From positions 64,001-128,000 of the forward strand of contig JBFWLW010000001.1 of the NCBI GenBank assembly GCA_050251945.1: 64,000 nucleotides of DNA, read 5' to 3'. Below are positions 20,000 to 31,052 of the stretch, in pieces; position 1 is the stretch's first letter, and every line of letters starts with the position of its first letter. The translations under genes were made by a program, and so were the position numbers. A model generated the notes under the pieces. It worked only from the letters and a program-made list of their open reading frames with translations, was not told where the DNA came from and did no database searches. This DNA is from Deferribacterales bacterium (GTDB taxonomy: Bacteria > Chrysiogenota > Deferribacteres > Deferribacterales > Geovibrionaceae).

Positions 20000-20836
20000 T
20001 TATGCTATAGTGGCTTTAATATCTGCAGGTTTTCCGAAATACATCCATGAAGTGACCAGCATATCAGCTCCTGACGCGGCGTAGCTTTCTGCGTTGTCTA
20101 TGTTTATGCCGCCGGCAGCGAGAACTTTGACGGCAGGATTGAGGGATTTTACCAGCTTAACGGTCTCTGCAACCTGCTCAGGCGTCATCTTGTCTGTCTG
20201 GATGCTGTCTACGCCTGCCTTAACTGCCTTTTCTATGTCCTCAAGCTTCTCAAGCTCAATTTCTATCTTTTTTTCAAGGCATTTAAGCCTTATCTGAGGC
20301 ATCTGAGACAGAAGCATATCCAGTCCGCCGGCATTATCATAGTGAGCCGGAAAGAACAGAACGGTTTCCGAGAGACCCAGCCTGTGTGGAACTGCTCCGC
20401 CTGCCATAAGAGCCTGTACGGAAAGACGGCGTGTACCCGGAAATGCTTTTCTGGTACCGCTTACAACTATTTTCGGATTTGCTTTTCTTGCGGCGGCAAC
20501 CAGATTTCTTGTTCTGGTCGCTATACCGGATGAATATTCCAACAGGTTAAGAGCAACACGCCAGCCCTTATGTATTGACTGGGGTGTGCCTTGAGCTTCT
20601 ATTATCAGGTCGCCCATAGAGATGAAATCCCCGCTTTTAAGCGAGCTTGTTACCGTACATCCGACCCTTTCAAGGACGCTGACAGCCGCTTCGCACCCGC
20701 TGACACAGGTGTCGTGCCTTGCTTTGAATGTAATGCCGAGCGAATTTTCAGTGAAATCCGTAATGGACGATGTAAGGTCGATGAATGGTATATCTTCTTC
20801 TATCCATCTGTCTATGTCATGCTGAGTGAAAAACAT
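20000..20836 (-). CDS. modD: ModD (NadC-like) protein
   Basis: SGIATRT, GTRKAFPG, HRLGLSETVL, AAGGIN; downstream of modB. Confidence 0.9.
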   Translation of the reverse strand: MFFTQHDIDRWIEEDIPFIDLTSSITDFTENSLGITFKARHDTCVSGCEAAVSVLERVGCTVTSSLKSGDFISMGDLIIEAQGTPQSIHKGWRVALNLLEYSSGIATRTRNLVAAARKANPKIVVSGTRKAFPGTRRLSVQALMAGGAVPHRLGLSETVLFFPAHYDNAGGLDMLLSQMPQIRLKCLEKKIEIELEKLEDIEKAVKAGVDSIQTDKMTPEQVAETVKLVKSLNPAVKVLAAGGINIDNAESYAASGADMLVTSWMYFGKPADIKATIA

Positions 20837-20837
20837 T

Positions 20838-21524
20838 TTAAACGCTCCTTGTTTCAAGTTTTCTGAGCAGTGTGAAAAGGATCACCGAGACACCGAGAAG
20901 TATAACGCAGAGTACGCCTGCACGCAAATAGTTCCCTTCAAAAACTGCATTATATACTTCCAGTGAAAGGGTATTTGTCTTGCCGATTATGTTCCCGCCT
21001 ATCATAAGGGTGATGCCTACCTCGCCCAGCGACCTGCCCAGTCCGAGCGCAAGCCCCGCAAAGATGCTTTTTTTGACATTTGGCACTACAACGAAAAGAA
21101 ACGTCGTCAGTCTGCTTTTTCCGAGTGTTAAAGACGCTTCTATCAGGCTTTTTGCGGATGATGATATGGCTGACTGCACGGGTTTGACAACCAGGGGAAG
21201 ACCCGCGGTGAAAGCTGCAACAACAAGGGCTTTCTGTGTGAATATCATCTCGATTCCCATACTCTGAAGGTACTTTCCGAGCAGTCCGAACCTGCCGAGG
21301 ATAAGAAGCAGAATGAAGCCTGTTGCAATGGGAGGAAAAATCAGGGGAAATGATATGAAGATATCAAAAAAGCCCCTGAACGGGGCTTTCTCACTGCTCA
21401 GGTACCACGCTAATAAAATGCCGAAGAACCCGTGCATGAGAAAAGCCCAGAAGCAGACCTTTGCCGTCAGAAATATCGAAAAAATTATCTGATCGTTGGT
21501 CAGCTCGTTCAGAAACAAATTCAT
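20838..21524 (-). CDS. modB: molybdate ABC permease
   Basis: PLIFPPIATGF, EASLTLG, RSLGEVG. Confidence 0.92.
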   Translation of the reverse strand: MNLFLNELTNDQIIFSIFLTAKVCFWAFLMHGFFGILLAWYLSSEKAPFRGFFDIFISFPLIFPPIATGFILLLILGRFGLLGKYLQSMGIEMIFTQKALVVAAFTAGLPLVVKPVQSAISSSAKSLIEASLTLGKSRLTTFLFVVVPNVKKSIFAGLALGLGRSLGEVGITLMIGGNIIGKTNTLSLEVYNAVFEGNYLRAGVLCVILLGVSVILFTLLRKLETRSV

Positions 21525-21525
21525 C

Positions 21526-22242
21526 TTAAAGACCGTTTTTCTTAGCTATTTTTTTCATATCGGGAGTGCCGAGCATACCGATGAACGTTTTCAGGTCTTC
21601 GGGAACCGGGCATCCTTCAAGAGTTGCGGCTGATATTTCAAGGGGTGAGTAGCCCTTTGTGACTTCGATGTATCCGCCGAGGTTGTCTTTGTTGTTAACT
21701 GCGAATGTGATGTTTACGAACGCCGCGTCAGCCTCGCCGGAAAGAACGTATGAACCTGCCTGAGGAACTGTCTGCCCGGGGATAAGTCTTTTTTCAAGTT
21801 CCTCAGCCATACCTGTGTTTTTCATAAGCTGAGTGCCTGCTTTTCCGTAAATCGCTTTTGTAGCGTCCGGAATTGCAATTTTCGCGAACTCAGGTTTTTT
21901 CAGATCTTCGGGAGAGGATATTGTCAGCCCTTTTCTTACGATAATGGCGAGAACGCCTTTACCGATGGGATTATATGATGTGTAGGGAATACCCGATGTT
22001 TTAAGAAAGCTCTCTTCGCCCACAACAGCGCAGATTCCTCCGCCAAGTTTAACCTGAGCGGCAACCTGACCCATGTTCCCGTACATTCTTTCCATTTTTT
22101 TGCCTGTTTTGGCTTCGTAATAGGCAGCCATGTCCTCAACCAGCGCTTTGTATCCTGCGCCTGCGGCTATGCGGAGTTCTTCTGCATAGGCACTGACGCT
22201 GAGTACGGCAAGAGCGAGAACCGTTAAAAGTAGCTTTTTCAT
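21526..22242 (-). CDS. modA: molybdate ABC substrate-binding protein
   Basis: Signal peptide, IAAGAG, YGNMG, AIPD..AIYGKA. Confidence 0.9.
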   Translation of the reverse strand: MKKLLLTVLALAVLSVSAYAEELRIAAGAGYKALVEDMAAYYEAKTGKKMERMYGNMGQVAAQVKLGGGICAVVGEESFLKTSGIPYTSYNPIGKGVLAIIVRKGLTISSPEDLKKPEFAKIAIPDATKAIYGKAGTQLMKNTGMAEELEKRLIPGQTVPQAGSYVLSGEADAAFVNITFAVNNKDNLGGYIEVTKGYSPLEISAATLEGCPVPEDLKTFIGMLGTPDMKKIAKKNGL

Positions 22243-22257
22243 GTTTCCTCCTGATTA

Positions 22258-22310
22258 CGTTATGTTATTGACTATATAACGATAAACGTTATATAGCACT
22301 AGGAATAACG
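22258..22310. promoter_or_regulatory. two tandem ModE-like operators
   Basis: CGTTATGTT-N6-TATATAACG (22258-22281) and CGTTATATA-N6-GGAATAACG (22287-22310) just upstream of the modA RBS. Confidence 0.8.
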
Positions 22311-22339
22311 CATGTCAAACAGTTATTGGGAATAACGGT

Positions 22340-22720
22340 TTAACTTTCGGAACGGAGTTGTTCGTAAACGGGGAGTGGAGTGGAACGACCTTCCGCGTCG
22401 ATGCGGCAGAAGGTGATATTTGTGGAAAAGACCTCTTTTTCTATGGTGCCGCCGGGTTCATCCGCATAGACTATTACCTGATAGGTTATTGATTTTGTCC
22501 CGACGTGTTTAGGTTTCACCTCAAAACGCAGAATGGAGCCGTTAACCACCTGATGCTTGAAGGATATGCTGTCCATGGCAATAGTGACGAGTTTGCAGCC
22601 CGGGTAGTCCAGAGATGCTGTCATCCATGCTGCCTCGTCTATCCATTTCAGCATTGTTCCGCCGAAAAGCTTTCCGTAGTGGTTCAGGTGCTCCGGTCTG
22701 ACGTGTTGATATGTGTTCAT
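22340..22720 (-). CDS. acyl-CoA thioesterase (hotdog fold)
   Basis: PEHLNHYGKLFGGTMLKWIDE; coupled to the sigma gene by TAATG. Confidence 0.88.
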   Translation of the reverse strand: MNTYQHVRPEHLNHYGKLFGGTMLKWIDEAAWMTASLDYPGCKLVTIAMDSISFKHQVVNGSILRFEVKPKHVGTKSITYQVIVYADEPGGTIEKEVFSTNITFCRIDAEGRSTPLPVYEQLRSES

Positions 22721-23652
22721 TAGTTAAGGAAGTCCTGCAATTTATTTTTCATGGCTTTTTTCCGCAGTTTCGCCAATGCGCGTGTCTCAAGCTGTCGTAC
22801 GCGTTCGCGGCTTATCTGCATCATTTCGCCTATCTCTTCCAGTGTTTTGGGCGCCTCACCGTCCAGCCCGAATCTCCATGAGATAATAGATGATTCGCGC
22901 TCGTCCAGTTCGTCAACGATGTCATCCAGAGCAACCTTCAGCGTTTTCGAGATTATGTCTTCCTCAATATCCGTTGAGCCTGATTCCAGAAGGTCAATGA
23001 AAGAGCGGTCTTCGCCGTCTTTGATAGGCGCTTCCAGAGAAAGGTAGTTTCTGGACACCCTGAGTACGTTCTCAATGTCGGACTCTTCCATTTTCAGGTA
23101 TTCCGCAAGTTCATGCGCACTGGGTTCGCGGTTGAGCTGTTTGTTCAGTTTTTCTATGGCGCCGTTTATCTTATAGAGGATCCCCGCCTGTTTAATGGGC
23201 AGTTTAACGGTTCCAGACTGTTCAGCCAGCGCCTGAATGATTGATTGGCGTATCCACCAGACGGCGTATGAGATGAATTTAACATCTTTTGTGTGGTCAT
23301 AGCGTTTTGCCGCTTCAACGAGACCCAGATTGCCCTGATTTATAAGGTCGGAGATGGGCAGTCCGGTGTTTTTGTATCTGTTTGCGATTGATACGACGAA
23401 TTTAAGGTTTGAGAGGATTAGCTTATTCAGCGCTTCCTGATCTCCTTTGGCAATGCGCACACCGAGATCGAACTCCTGTTCTTTCGTAAGGGGCTTATAC
23501 CGCGAGATGCCGTTGAGGTACTGTTTCAATGAGTTTTCACTGACAGGAACAGGTACTTCGACCTCTACCTCCTCAGTTTCAACAGTATCTTCAATCTCTT
23601 CGTCGTCAAGCTGTTCGTTTTCTTCCAGAGTATCTTCTGTTTCTTCGCTCAT
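22720..23652 (-). CDS. sigma70-family RNA polymerase sigma factor (RpoD/RpoS-like, no region 1.1)
   Basis: SNLKFVVSIA, DLINQGNLGL, KFISYAVWWIRQ, TLEEIG..SRERVRQLE. Confidence 0.92.
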   Translation of the reverse strand: MSEETEDTLEENEQLDDEEIEDTVETEEVEVEVPVPVSENSLKQYLNGISRYKPLTKEQEFDLGVRIAKGDQEALNKLILSNLKFVVSIANRYKNTGLPISDLINQGNLGLVEAAKRYDHTKDVKFISYAVWWIRQSIIQALAEQSGTVKLPIKQAGILYKINGAIEKLNKQLNREPSAHELAEYLKMEESDIENVLRVSRNYLSLEAPIKDGEDRSFIDLLESGSTDIEEDIISKTLKVALDDIVDELDERESSIISWRFGLDGEAPKTLEEIGEMMQISRERVRQLETRALAKLRKKAMKNKLQDFLN

Positions 23653-23707
23653 AGTCCTCTGCCGTTTTCAGATTATAGCACATGATTGCCGAATCCGAAA
23701 TTAACCT

Positions 23708-26311
23708 TTAGGGAAAAATAATCTCCATAGCGCCGTTTTTACAAGTAAGCTCGGCTTTAGCGCCCTGTTTCAGCTCACCTTTGATAATTTTTTCCGCTAC
23801 GAAGTTTTCAACAAGTTTCCTTATGGCTCTTTTCATTGGTCTTGCGCCGTATGCCTGATCGAAACCTGCCTTGATTATCTCTTCTATGACAGATTGATCC
23901 CAGCTAAGTTCAATGTTATTCTCTGCCACACGTTTGGCAAAACCTTTCATAAGTATTTCTGCAATATCAGCAATATGTTCTTTGCCCAATGGGTGGAACA
24001 CAATTATGTCGTCAATTCTGTTCAAAAATTCAGGACGGAAGAAACTGGACAATTGTGCAGTTGCAATCTTCTGTATCTGCGCATATTTTTCCTGCCAGCT
24101 CCCTTCTTTTGCAAACGATTCGTGGATAAGATCGCTCGCTATGTTGGATGTCATTATCACCACGCAGTTTTTAAAGGAGACGGTGCGTCCTTTGCTGTCT
24201 GTGAGTCTGCCGTCGTCAAGAAGCTGGAGCAGAACGTTGAAAACGTCCGAATGCGCCTTTTCAATCTCGTCGAGCAGTATGACGCAGTAAGGTCTTCTGC
24301 GCACCGCTTCGGTGAGCTGTCCGCCCTCTTCATATCCGACGTATCCGGGAGGCGCGCCGATAAGCCTTGCCACGGCGTGTTTCTCCATATATTCGCTCAT
24401 GTCGATACGGACTATGGCGTCTTCCGTGTCGAAAAGGAATTCAGCCAGAGATTTCGCAAGCTCGGTTTTACCGACGCCTGTGGGGCCGAGAAAGATGAAC
24501 GAACCCAGAGGTCTGTTCGGGTCGTTAAGGCCTGCGCGGCTTCGTCTTACTGATTCGCAAACTGCGGCGATGGCATTTTCCTGCCCGATGACGCGTCTGT
24601 GGAGCCAGCTTTCCATATTTATGAGCTTGTCCGCTTCCGCCTCAAGCAGTTTGGTTGCGGGGATACCCGTCCATTTGCTGATAACGGCGGCGATGTCCTC
24701 TTCGTCCACTTCCTCTTTCAGCATCCTTTTGCCTTTCTGAAGCTCCGTGAGTTTCAGATTTGCTTCTTCCATCTCTTTCTGAAGCTGTACAAGAGTGCCG
24801 TATTTTATCTCCGATGCTTTGGTCAGATCGCCGAAACGTTCTGCCTGTGCCATGTTCAGTTTAGCCTGTTCAATCTGTTCTTTGATGGTGCGCACCTGCT
24901 GAATGACATTTTTTTCGTTCTGCCATGCAATGCGCATAGCCGATGCCTGTTCTTTCAGGTTCGCAAGCTCGCCTTCAAGTTTTCCAAGACGCTGTTTGCT
25001 CGCAGCATCCTGTTCTTTTTTCAGCGCCTGTTTGTCTATTTCGTGCTGGGTTATCTTGCGCTCCAGCTCGTCCAGTTCGGTCGGCAGACTGTCTATTTCC
25101 ATACGGAGTTTTGCTGTCGCTTCGTCGATAAGGTCAATCGCCTTGTCGGGCATAAACCTGTCGCTGATGTATTTGTCCGCAAGGTGTGCTGCGGCAACAA
25201 GCGCACTGTCTTTAATGCGCACTCCGTGGTGAACCTCGTAACGTTCTTTAAGCCCGCGCAGAATGGACACTGTGTCCTCAACGGACGGTTCTTTGACATA
25301 AACCGGCTGGAACCTTCTTTCAAGCGCCGCATCCTTTTCGATGTATTTCTTGTATTCGTCAAGGGTGGTTGCGCCGATGCAGTGGAGTTCGCCCCTTGCC
25401 AGAGCGGGTTTAAGCAGGTTTGCGGCATCCATTGCGCCGTCTGTTTTGCCGGCGCCGACGAGCGTGTGCATTTCGTCTATGAACAGCACTATCTCGCCTT
25501 CGCGCTCTTTGATGGTGTTAAGGATAGCTTTCAGCCTGTCTTCAAACTCGCCGCGGAACTTTGTCCCGGCTATGAGCGCGCCCATATCGAGTACCGCAAC
25601 AGTGCGGTCTTTAAGAGATTCCGGCACGTCGCCGTTTATTATTCTCTGTGCCAGCCCTTCTGCGATGGCGGTTTTACCGACGCCGGGTTCGCCTATCAGC
25701 ACAGGGTTGTTCTTCGTGCGTCTTGAAAGGACGTGGATGACACGTCTTATCTCTTCGTCCCTGCCGATAACAGGATCGAGTTTGCCTTTCCTTGCCGCTT
25801 CTGTGAGGTTGATGGTGTATTTTTCAAGCACGTTCATTTTGTCTTCTGGGTTCTGGTCGGTGACACGGCTTGAACCCTTTGTGGCTTCATACGCTTTCAG
25901 AAGCGTATTGAGCGAATATCCGCAGGAGGAGAGGGCGGTTCGCAGGTCATATCCGGCGTTTTCGCCGACACCCATGAGGATATGCTCGGTCGAGACGTAT
26001 TCGTCCCCGAACTTTTTAAGACTGTCAAAGGCGTAGTCAAGAGCCTTTTTGGCTTCCTGCGACATGTAAAGCTGAACGCTTCCTTCCACCTTCGGCTGTT
26101 TGTTAATTATCTTTTCAGTTTCTTCAGTGAGTTTGCTGACGTTAACGCCCGCTTTGTGCAGAAGCGGCGTAACGATTCCGTCCTCCTGTTTTATGAGGGC
26201 GAGCATAAGGTGTTCCGGCATGAGCTGCTGGTGATTGCGTTTTTCCGCATCGTCCAGTGCAGACTGAACAGCTTCCTGTGCTTTGATGGTCATTTTGTTG
26301 AAGTTAATCAT
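23708..26311 (-). CDS. clpB: chaperone ClpB
   Basis: GEPGVGKT and GPTGVGKT Walker A motifs, coiled-coil middle domain, 867 aa. Confidence 0.97.
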   Translation of the reverse strand: MINFNKMTIKAQEAVQSALDDAEKRNHQQLMPEHLMLALIKQEDGIVTPLLHKAGVNVSKLTEETEKIINKQPKVEGSVQLYMSQEAKKALDYAFDSLKKFGDEYVSTEHILMGVGENAGYDLRTALSSCGYSLNTLLKAYEATKGSSRVTDQNPEDKMNVLEKYTINLTEAARKGKLDPVIGRDEEIRRVIHVLSRRTKNNPVLIGEPGVGKTAIAEGLAQRIINGDVPESLKDRTVAVLDMGALIAGTKFRGEFEDRLKAILNTIKEREGEIVLFIDEMHTLVGAGKTDGAMDAANLLKPALARGELHCIGATTLDEYKKYIEKDAALERRFQPVYVKEPSVEDTVSILRGLKERYEVHHGVRIKDSALVAAAHLADKYISDRFMPDKAIDLIDEATAKLRMEIDSLPTELDELERKITQHEIDKQALKKEQDAASKQRLGKLEGELANLKEQASAMRIAWQNEKNVIQQVRTIKEQIEQAKLNMAQAERFGDLTKASEIKYGTLVQLQKEMEEANLKLTELQKGKRMLKEEVDEEDIAAVISKWTGIPATKLLEAEADKLINMESWLHRRVIGQENAIAAVCESVRRSRAGLNDPNRPLGSFIFLGPTGVGKTELAKSLAEFLFDTEDAIVRIDMSEYMEKHAVARLIGAPPGYVGYEEGGQLTEAVRRRPYCVILLDEIEKAHSDVFNVLLQLLDDGRLTDSKGRTVSFKNCVVIMTSNIASDLIHESFAKEGSWQEKYAQIQKIATAQLSSFFRPEFLNRIDDIIVFHPLGKEHIADIAEILMKGFAKRVAENNIELSWDQSVIEEIIKAGFDQAYGARPMKRAIRKLVENFVAEKIIKGELKQGAKAELTCKNGAMEIIFP

Positions 26312-26324
26312 GTCTCCTCCTGAT

Positions 26325-26696
26325 TTACTCCGTATCTATTTTGACCTTGATGATCCTGTTCTCCGTTACGGGAACAAGTCCCTCTCTCTTTGCGTTTATG
26401 CTGTCGGCATGTTCCATTATGAACCTGCGCAGTGTTTCGTTCTGAGATTGCAGTTCTTCCATCTGGTTTTTCATATTAATAATGACTTCAACCCCTGCCA
26501 GATTGACCCCCATGTCTTTCGTAAGGGTCAGGATGAACTTAAGGGTTTCAAGGTCTTCATCCGAGTATAATCTTGTGTTTCCTTGCGTTCTCTGGGGGTT
26601 TATGAACCCCAGTCTTTCATACTGCCGGAGTGTCTGCGGGTGCAGATCGAACATCTCCGACACTATGCTTATGACGTAGAGGGGCTTACTTCTCAT
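26325..26696 (-). CDS. hspR: heat-shock repressor HspR (MerR family)
   Basis: PLYVISIVSEM..LHPQTLRQYER.G, GVNLAGVE; between dnaJ and clpB; HAIR site upstream of the operon. Confidence 0.88.
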   Translation of the reverse strand: MRSKPLYVISIVSEMFDLHPQTLRQYERLGFINPQRTQGNTRLYSDEDLETLKFILTLTKDMGVNLAGVEVIINMKNQMEELQSQNETLRRFIMEHADSINAKREGLVPVTENRIIKVKIDTE

Positions 26697-26698
26697 AT

Positions 26699-27805
26699 TT
26701 ACAGCCTCGCTTTGTCTATGAGCCTTTGTCTTGCGTCGTCGGCATATCGGTGCTGCATGTCTTTAAGGGAGGTTCTGTCTCCCTCCACAGCAATCTGTGG
26801 TATGCGCACTTTTATGACCACATAAAGGTCTCCGGTGGTGCCGCTTTTCAGGCTCGGTACACCTTTGTTCTTAACGCGGAAGGTCTGCCCCGGCTGTGTG
26901 CCTGCAGGTATGTTCATGCTTATTGTGCCGTACGGAGTCGGAAGGTTTATCTTCGCTCCGAGCGCCGCCTCGAACATATCGACCTCGACGTTCACATAAA
27001 TGTTGTTGCCTTTTCTCTCAAATACTTCGTGATCCTGTACGTTAGTGATGATATAAAGGTCGCCCTGCGGTCCGCCGTTGCGTCCTGCGTTCCCTTTGCC
27101 TGCCACGCGTATTTTTGAGTTTTTGTCCACACCCTTAGGGATGCGAACCTTTATTTTTTCCTGTATGTTCTTGTATCCGCTGCCTTTGCAGACGGAACAG
27201 ACGTTTTTGGATATCTGACCGTGACCTTTGCATGTCGGGCAGGCGGATATTGAGAACGTGCCGCCTTTCTGGTTCATCATCTGTCCGGAACCTTTGCAGG
27301 AAGGACAGGTTATTTTGTCGCCGCCTTTGCCGTTGCAGGAGGCGCATTTTTCGGTACGGTTTACCGATATCTCATATTCGTTTCCGAATATCGCGTCTTT
27401 AAAGGGTATCTGAACGGTCAGGTTGATATCTTCACCCTGCATCGGTGCGTCGGAACGACCTCTGCGACCTCCGCCGCCGCCGCCGAACATGTTCCCGAAG
27501 ATATCGTTCATATCAAAACCGCCGAAGTGGTTTTTAATGTCTTCAAAATTGGCACCGGAGAAATCGTATCCGTGTCCGCCGTTTTTAAATGTATCATGCC
27601 CCAGAGAGTCGTACTGCTTGCGTTTTTCAGCATCCGACAGAACGCCGTAGGCTTCGGATATCTCCTTAAACTTGTCCTCGGCTGATTTGTCGCCGGGATT
27701 CACGTCGGGATGATATTTCCTTGCCAGCTTTCTGTATGCTTTTTTGATCTCGTCCTCTGTTGCGGTCTTTGACACGCCAAGGACAGTGTAATAATCTTGA
27801 GGCAT
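26699..27805 (-). CDS. dnaJ: chaperone DnaJ
   Basis: J domain HPD, G/F region, four CxxCxGxG repeats. Confidence 0.93.
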   Translation of the reverse strand: MPQDYYTVLGVSKTATEDEIKKAYRKLARKYHPDVNPGDKSAEDKFKEISEAYGVLSDAEKRKQYDSLGHDTFKNGGHGYDFSGANFEDIKNHFGGFDMNDIFGNMFGGGGGGRRGRSDAPMQGEDINLTVQIPFKDAIFGNEYEISVNRTEKCASCNGKGGDKITCPSCKGSGQMMNQKGGTFSISACPTCKGHGQISKNVCSVCKGSGYKNIQEKIKVRIPKGVDKNSKIRVAGKGNAGRNGGPQGDLYIITNVQDHEVFERKGNNIYVNVEVDMFEAALGAKINLPTPYGTISMNIPAGTQPGQTFRVKNKGVPSLKSGTTGDLYVVIKVRIPQIAVEGDRTSLKDMQHRYADDARQRLIDKARL

Positions 27806-27825
27806 AGTTTGTTCACCGTTATTGT

Positions 27826-28263
27826 TTATTCTGTTTCAACTTTAATAACTTTGGGCTGAATCTCTGTTCTCTTTTGCAGAGTTATCTTCAAAAGCCCGTC
27901 TTTCAGGGAAGCTTTGACGCTGTTTACGTCAACAGTATTGGGTATCGCGAACGAACGGTTGAATTTTCCATAGGCGCGCTCAAGCCTGTAGTAGTTGTCG
28001 CTGTCGCCGTCCACAGGGCATTTTTTTTCACCCTTAAGGATAAGTACGCCGTCTGCCATCTGGATATCGAGTTCTTCCTCGTTAACTCCGGGCAGCTCCG
28101 CAACAATGACTATCTCCGTATCCGTTTCGTAAATGTCCACAGAGGGAAGCCAGTCGCCATAGCTTCCGTGGGCTGTTTTGCTCAGAGTTTCGTCAAAGAT
28201 CTTGTTCATTCTGTCGTGCATTGTCATAAGGTCTTTCAGCGGATCCCATCTTACGATCGCCAT
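27826..28263 (-). CDS. Hsp20 small heat-shock protein
   Basis: [29 protein letters not shown]. Confidence 0.93.
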   Translation of the reverse strand: MAIVRWDPLKDLMTMHDRMNKIFDETLSKTAHGSYGDWLPSVDIYETDTEIVIVAELPGVNEEELDIQMADGVLILKGEKKCPVDGDSDNYYRLERAYGKFNRSFAIPNTVDVNSVKASLKDGLLKITLQKRTEIQPKVIKVETE

Positions 28264-28304
28264 AGTTTTCGCCTCCTTTTATAGAGTAATTTGATTATGA
28301 AGCT

Positions 28305-28334
28305 ATAATAAGACTTGAGTGCGTACGTGTCAAG
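28305..28334 (-). promoter_or_regulatory. sigma70 promoter overlapped by a HAIR (HspR) operator
   Basis: CTTGAGT-N7-TGTCAAG at 28314-28334 (HAIR consensus CTTGAGT-N7-ACTCAAG); minus strand TTGACA-17 bp-TATTAT. Confidence 0.85.
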
Positions 28335-28418
28335 TTTTTTTATTCAATGCTCCTGATAGAACTTTTTGCCATTGAAACCATCTTGTAATAAAATTAATCT
28401 GAGAGTATCTTAATTCTG

Positions 28419-29282
28419 ATGCGTAACATATTCTGGGTATTTCTGTTATTGTCGCTCCTTCTGCACCTTTTCGGACTTGGCATATTTCATTTGCCCAAGG
28501 AGGATAAGGAACGTGAAAAACCTATTGATATTCAGATAGTTCCGAAAGAAAAACAGGAAAAACCCAAACAAACTGTTCCCCCGCTGCCCAAAAAATATAT
28601 TCCTCCGACGCCCCTTGACGATGATAAAGATACAAAGCTGGAACAGGATAAGCCTGTGCCGCCGAAACAGCAGAGAAAAGAACCTGTTAAAGACGGTCAG
28701 GATGTTAAAAAATCCCCTGAAAAGACTCCGTTGCCGCAATCTGCGCCAAAAACACAGCAGCGTCAGGCACCTCCCGGCGCGATACCTCCGAAAAGCGACG
28801 CTGACGTGCCGAGAGTTTCACCGGATACGCCAAAGACATTGCCGGACACATCCAAAAGGGATGCCGACCGCAAGCGTATTGATGATATTATGAACCCGAG
28901 AGAGACCATAGAAAAATTCGCCAACGGCGGAGCGAAGGTTACAGGCGAGGACTCCGTGTCCATGCAGTATGTTAAGTTCCGCTATCAGTCGTATTTTTAT
29001 AAATTTGCCTCCAGACTTTACAGGGTCTGGACGTATCCGCCTAATTCTGCCATACGCGGCGAGCAGGGCGTTGTTCAGGCATCTTTCATAGTTTCGAGGG
29101 ACGGAAAAATATCGAGTATCCGCATACTTCGTTCCAGCGGGTATCCCGACCTTGACAACGAAGTTATAACGGCGCTCAGAAAGATGGCGGGGGTTCCGCT
29201 GCCTGATTCGTATGAGCTTGATAACCTGAAAGTTGACGCATACTTCCAGTATATTATAGGCGGCGGATTTCAGGTGTACTGA
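28419..29282 (+). CDS. TonB-family energy transducer
   Basis: N-terminal TM with SLLLH, Pro/Lys-rich linker, WTYP..GEQG.V..RSSG..LD. Confidence 0.85.
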   Translation: MRNIFWVFLLLSLLLHLFGLGIFHLPKEDKEREKPIDIQIVPKEKQEKPKQTVPPLPKKYIPPTPLDDDKDTKLEQDKPVPPKQQRKEPVKDGQDVKKSPEKTPLPQSAPKTQQRQAPPGAIPPKSDADVPRVSPDTPKTLPDTSKRDADRKRIDDIMNPRETIEKFANGGAKVTGEDSVSMQYVKFRYQSYFYKFASRLYRVWTYPPNSAIRGEQGVVQASFIVSRDGKISSIRILRSSGYPDLDNEVITALRKMAGVPLPDSYELDNLKVDAYFQYIIGGGFQVY

Positions 29283-29289
29283 TAAGCAA

Positions 29290-29379
29290 CGAAATAATGA
29301 CGTCCTGTCATTATTTCGCTAACGCTCCAGTCGGCAAAGCCTCCTGTCGCTCACGCAAGCGGGTTTCATCCTGAAACCT
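29290..29379 (+). repeat. family B two-hairpin element, copy 2
   Basis: cgaaataatga-CGTCCTG-tcattatttc GCTAACGCTC cagtcggcaaagcc..GCTCACGC aagc gggttt-CATCCTG-aaacc. Confidence 0.8.
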
Positions 29380-29505
29380 CAGACTGATGACAAAGTTAGT
29401 AAAATGTGAGATCGCGTCGTCGCTAGTGCTCCTCGCGAAGACGGTTTTTCGTCTCTGCGAGGAATGAAACGACGAAGCAGTCTAATTGGGTTTCATCATG
29501 AAACT
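29379..29505 (+). mobile_element. MITE copy 1 (left end intact, right end lost) carrying a family A doublet
   Basis: TCAGACTGATGACAAA left end; A doublet 29408-29483; target hairpin GGGTTTCATCCTGAAAC repeated at 29361 and 29488. Confidence 0.65.
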
Positions 29506-29645
29506 TCAGACGTCGTCGCAGGGTGCAAAATAAACTGTATAATGTCAGGAAATAATCAATTAACTTATCTTGCTTGACATCTCTCTATCGGGTATATTAA
29601 TTTTAAGCTTCCGCGCACAGGAACGCCAATTTGGAGTATTACTGC

Positions 29646-31052
29646 ATGGCATCAAAAAAAGTCAAAAACTTCATCATCGACACCAATGTTATCCTTTACT
29701 CTCCCAACTGTTTAGAAACTTTCGACAACAACAACATCATCCTTCCCGCGGTGGTTTTGGAGGAAGTTGACTCCTTTAAGAAGAATCTCGACCTCAACGG
29801 CTACAATGCCAGAAGCTTCATCCGCATCGTGGAAAAATACCGCGAAGAGAAAGAGGGCGATCTTCTGAAAGGTATTAAACTTGATTCGGGCGGCAAATTT
29901 ACAATCCGCTTTCAGGACGAAAAGACGAGAAGTCTTATTCCTGCCGGATTCGATATCAGCAAGAACGATAATATCATCCTTGCCACAGCTCTGCAGGTTA
30001 AGCAGGAATCAAAACTGGAAACCATCATCGTTTCAAAGGACGTCAACCTGCGCATCAAAGCCAACGCCGTGGGGCTTGACGCAGAAGACTACTACCATGA
30101 AAAGACCACATCGTTCATAGATCAGACGGACGACACCCTGTTCGTTCCCGACGAGTATATAAACACCCTGTATCAGGAGAAGGAACTTCCCGTTCCCGAA
30201 GGCGTACGCAGACAGGACAGTGAAAAATTCTTACCCCGCGTAAATGAATATTTCATACTCAAAGGCGAAATCAGCCCGCAGAAGAGCGCGCTTGTCAGAT
30301 ATATCGGCAACGGAAACCCTATGGACGGTGCTTTCAGACTTCTGCACCAGAACGAACCCATACTTGGGGTTACGCCGGCCAACAGAAAACAGATATATCT
30401 GATGGATTCGCTCCTTGATCCCGATATCGACGTTGTTTTCGCTATCGGTATCGCAGGAACGGGAAAAACGCTCCTTGCGCTCTGCGCAGGGCTTCATTCC
30501 GTTCTGAACGACAAATATAAAAGACTGGTAGTCACCCGCTCGCCCATCCCTATGGGAAGAGACCTCGGCTATCTTCCCGGTAATATAAACGAAAAACTTG
30601 ACCCGTGGCTTAAGCCCATCTATGACAACATGGAGTTCATCGTTTATATGATGGACAAGGGCAGGATAGAAATTAAAGACGAATATCTTTCCAAAAACCA
30701 GATGCACGAGGCTACGATCGACTATCTGAAAGCATCAAAAATGCTTGAGATAGAGGCGCTGACATATATCAGAGGTCGTACTCTGATGGATACCTATCTC
30801 GTTGTTGACGAAGCGCAGAACCTTAGCCCCCACGAGATAAAAACCATCATAACAAGGGCTGGTGTGAATTCAAAAATGGTCTTCACCGGCGACCTTAAAC
30901 AGATAGACAACCCGTATCTCAACGAAAGGGACAACGGACTTGTGAATGCATCGGAAAAATTCGCCTATGCCAGATTTAAGCATGCGTCCACAATATATCT
31001 TGATAAGGGCGAGAGAAGCCGACTTGCCACCATTGCTGCCGAGATACTGTAA
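29646..31052 (+). CDS. PIN-PhoH (PhoH2-type) protein
   Basis: IIDTNVIL, NDNIIL, SKDVNLRIKA (PIN); GIAGTGKT, LGYLPG, IRGRT, DEAQN, GDLKQID (PhoH). Confidence 0.92.
   Translation: MASKKVKNFIIDTNVILYSPNCLETFDNNNIILPAVVLEEVDSFKKNLDLNGYNARSFIRIVEKYREEKEGDLLKGIKLDSGGKFTIRFQDEKTRSLIPAGFDISKNDNIILATALQVKQESKLETIIVSKDVNLRIKANAVGLDAEDYYHEKTTSFIDQTDDTLFVPDEYINTLYQEKELPVPEGVRRQDSEKFLPRVNEYFILKGEISPQKSALVRYIGNGNPMDGAFRLLHQNEPILGVTPANRKQIYLMDSLLDPDIDVVFAIGIAGTGKTLLALCAGLHSVLNDKYKRLVVTRSPIPMGRDLGYLPGNINEKLDPWLKPIYDNMEFIVYMMDKGRIEIKDEYLSKNQMHEATIDYLKASKMLEIEALTYIRGRTLMDTYLVVDEAQNLSPHEIKTIITRAGVNSKMVFTGDLKQIDNPYLNERDNGLVNASEKFAYARFKHASTIYLDKGERSRLATIAAEIL

Noticed and set aside
23894..26036. Long antisense ORFs over clpB (219, 375 and 231 aa), and similar ones over glt and nifJ
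   Set aside because: Shadow frames of conserved genes with biased codon usage; no motifs
29646..31052. PIN-PhoH as a toxin-antitoxin system
   Set aside because: No small upstream antitoxin ORF with a credible start; stand-alone PIN-PhoH genes are common
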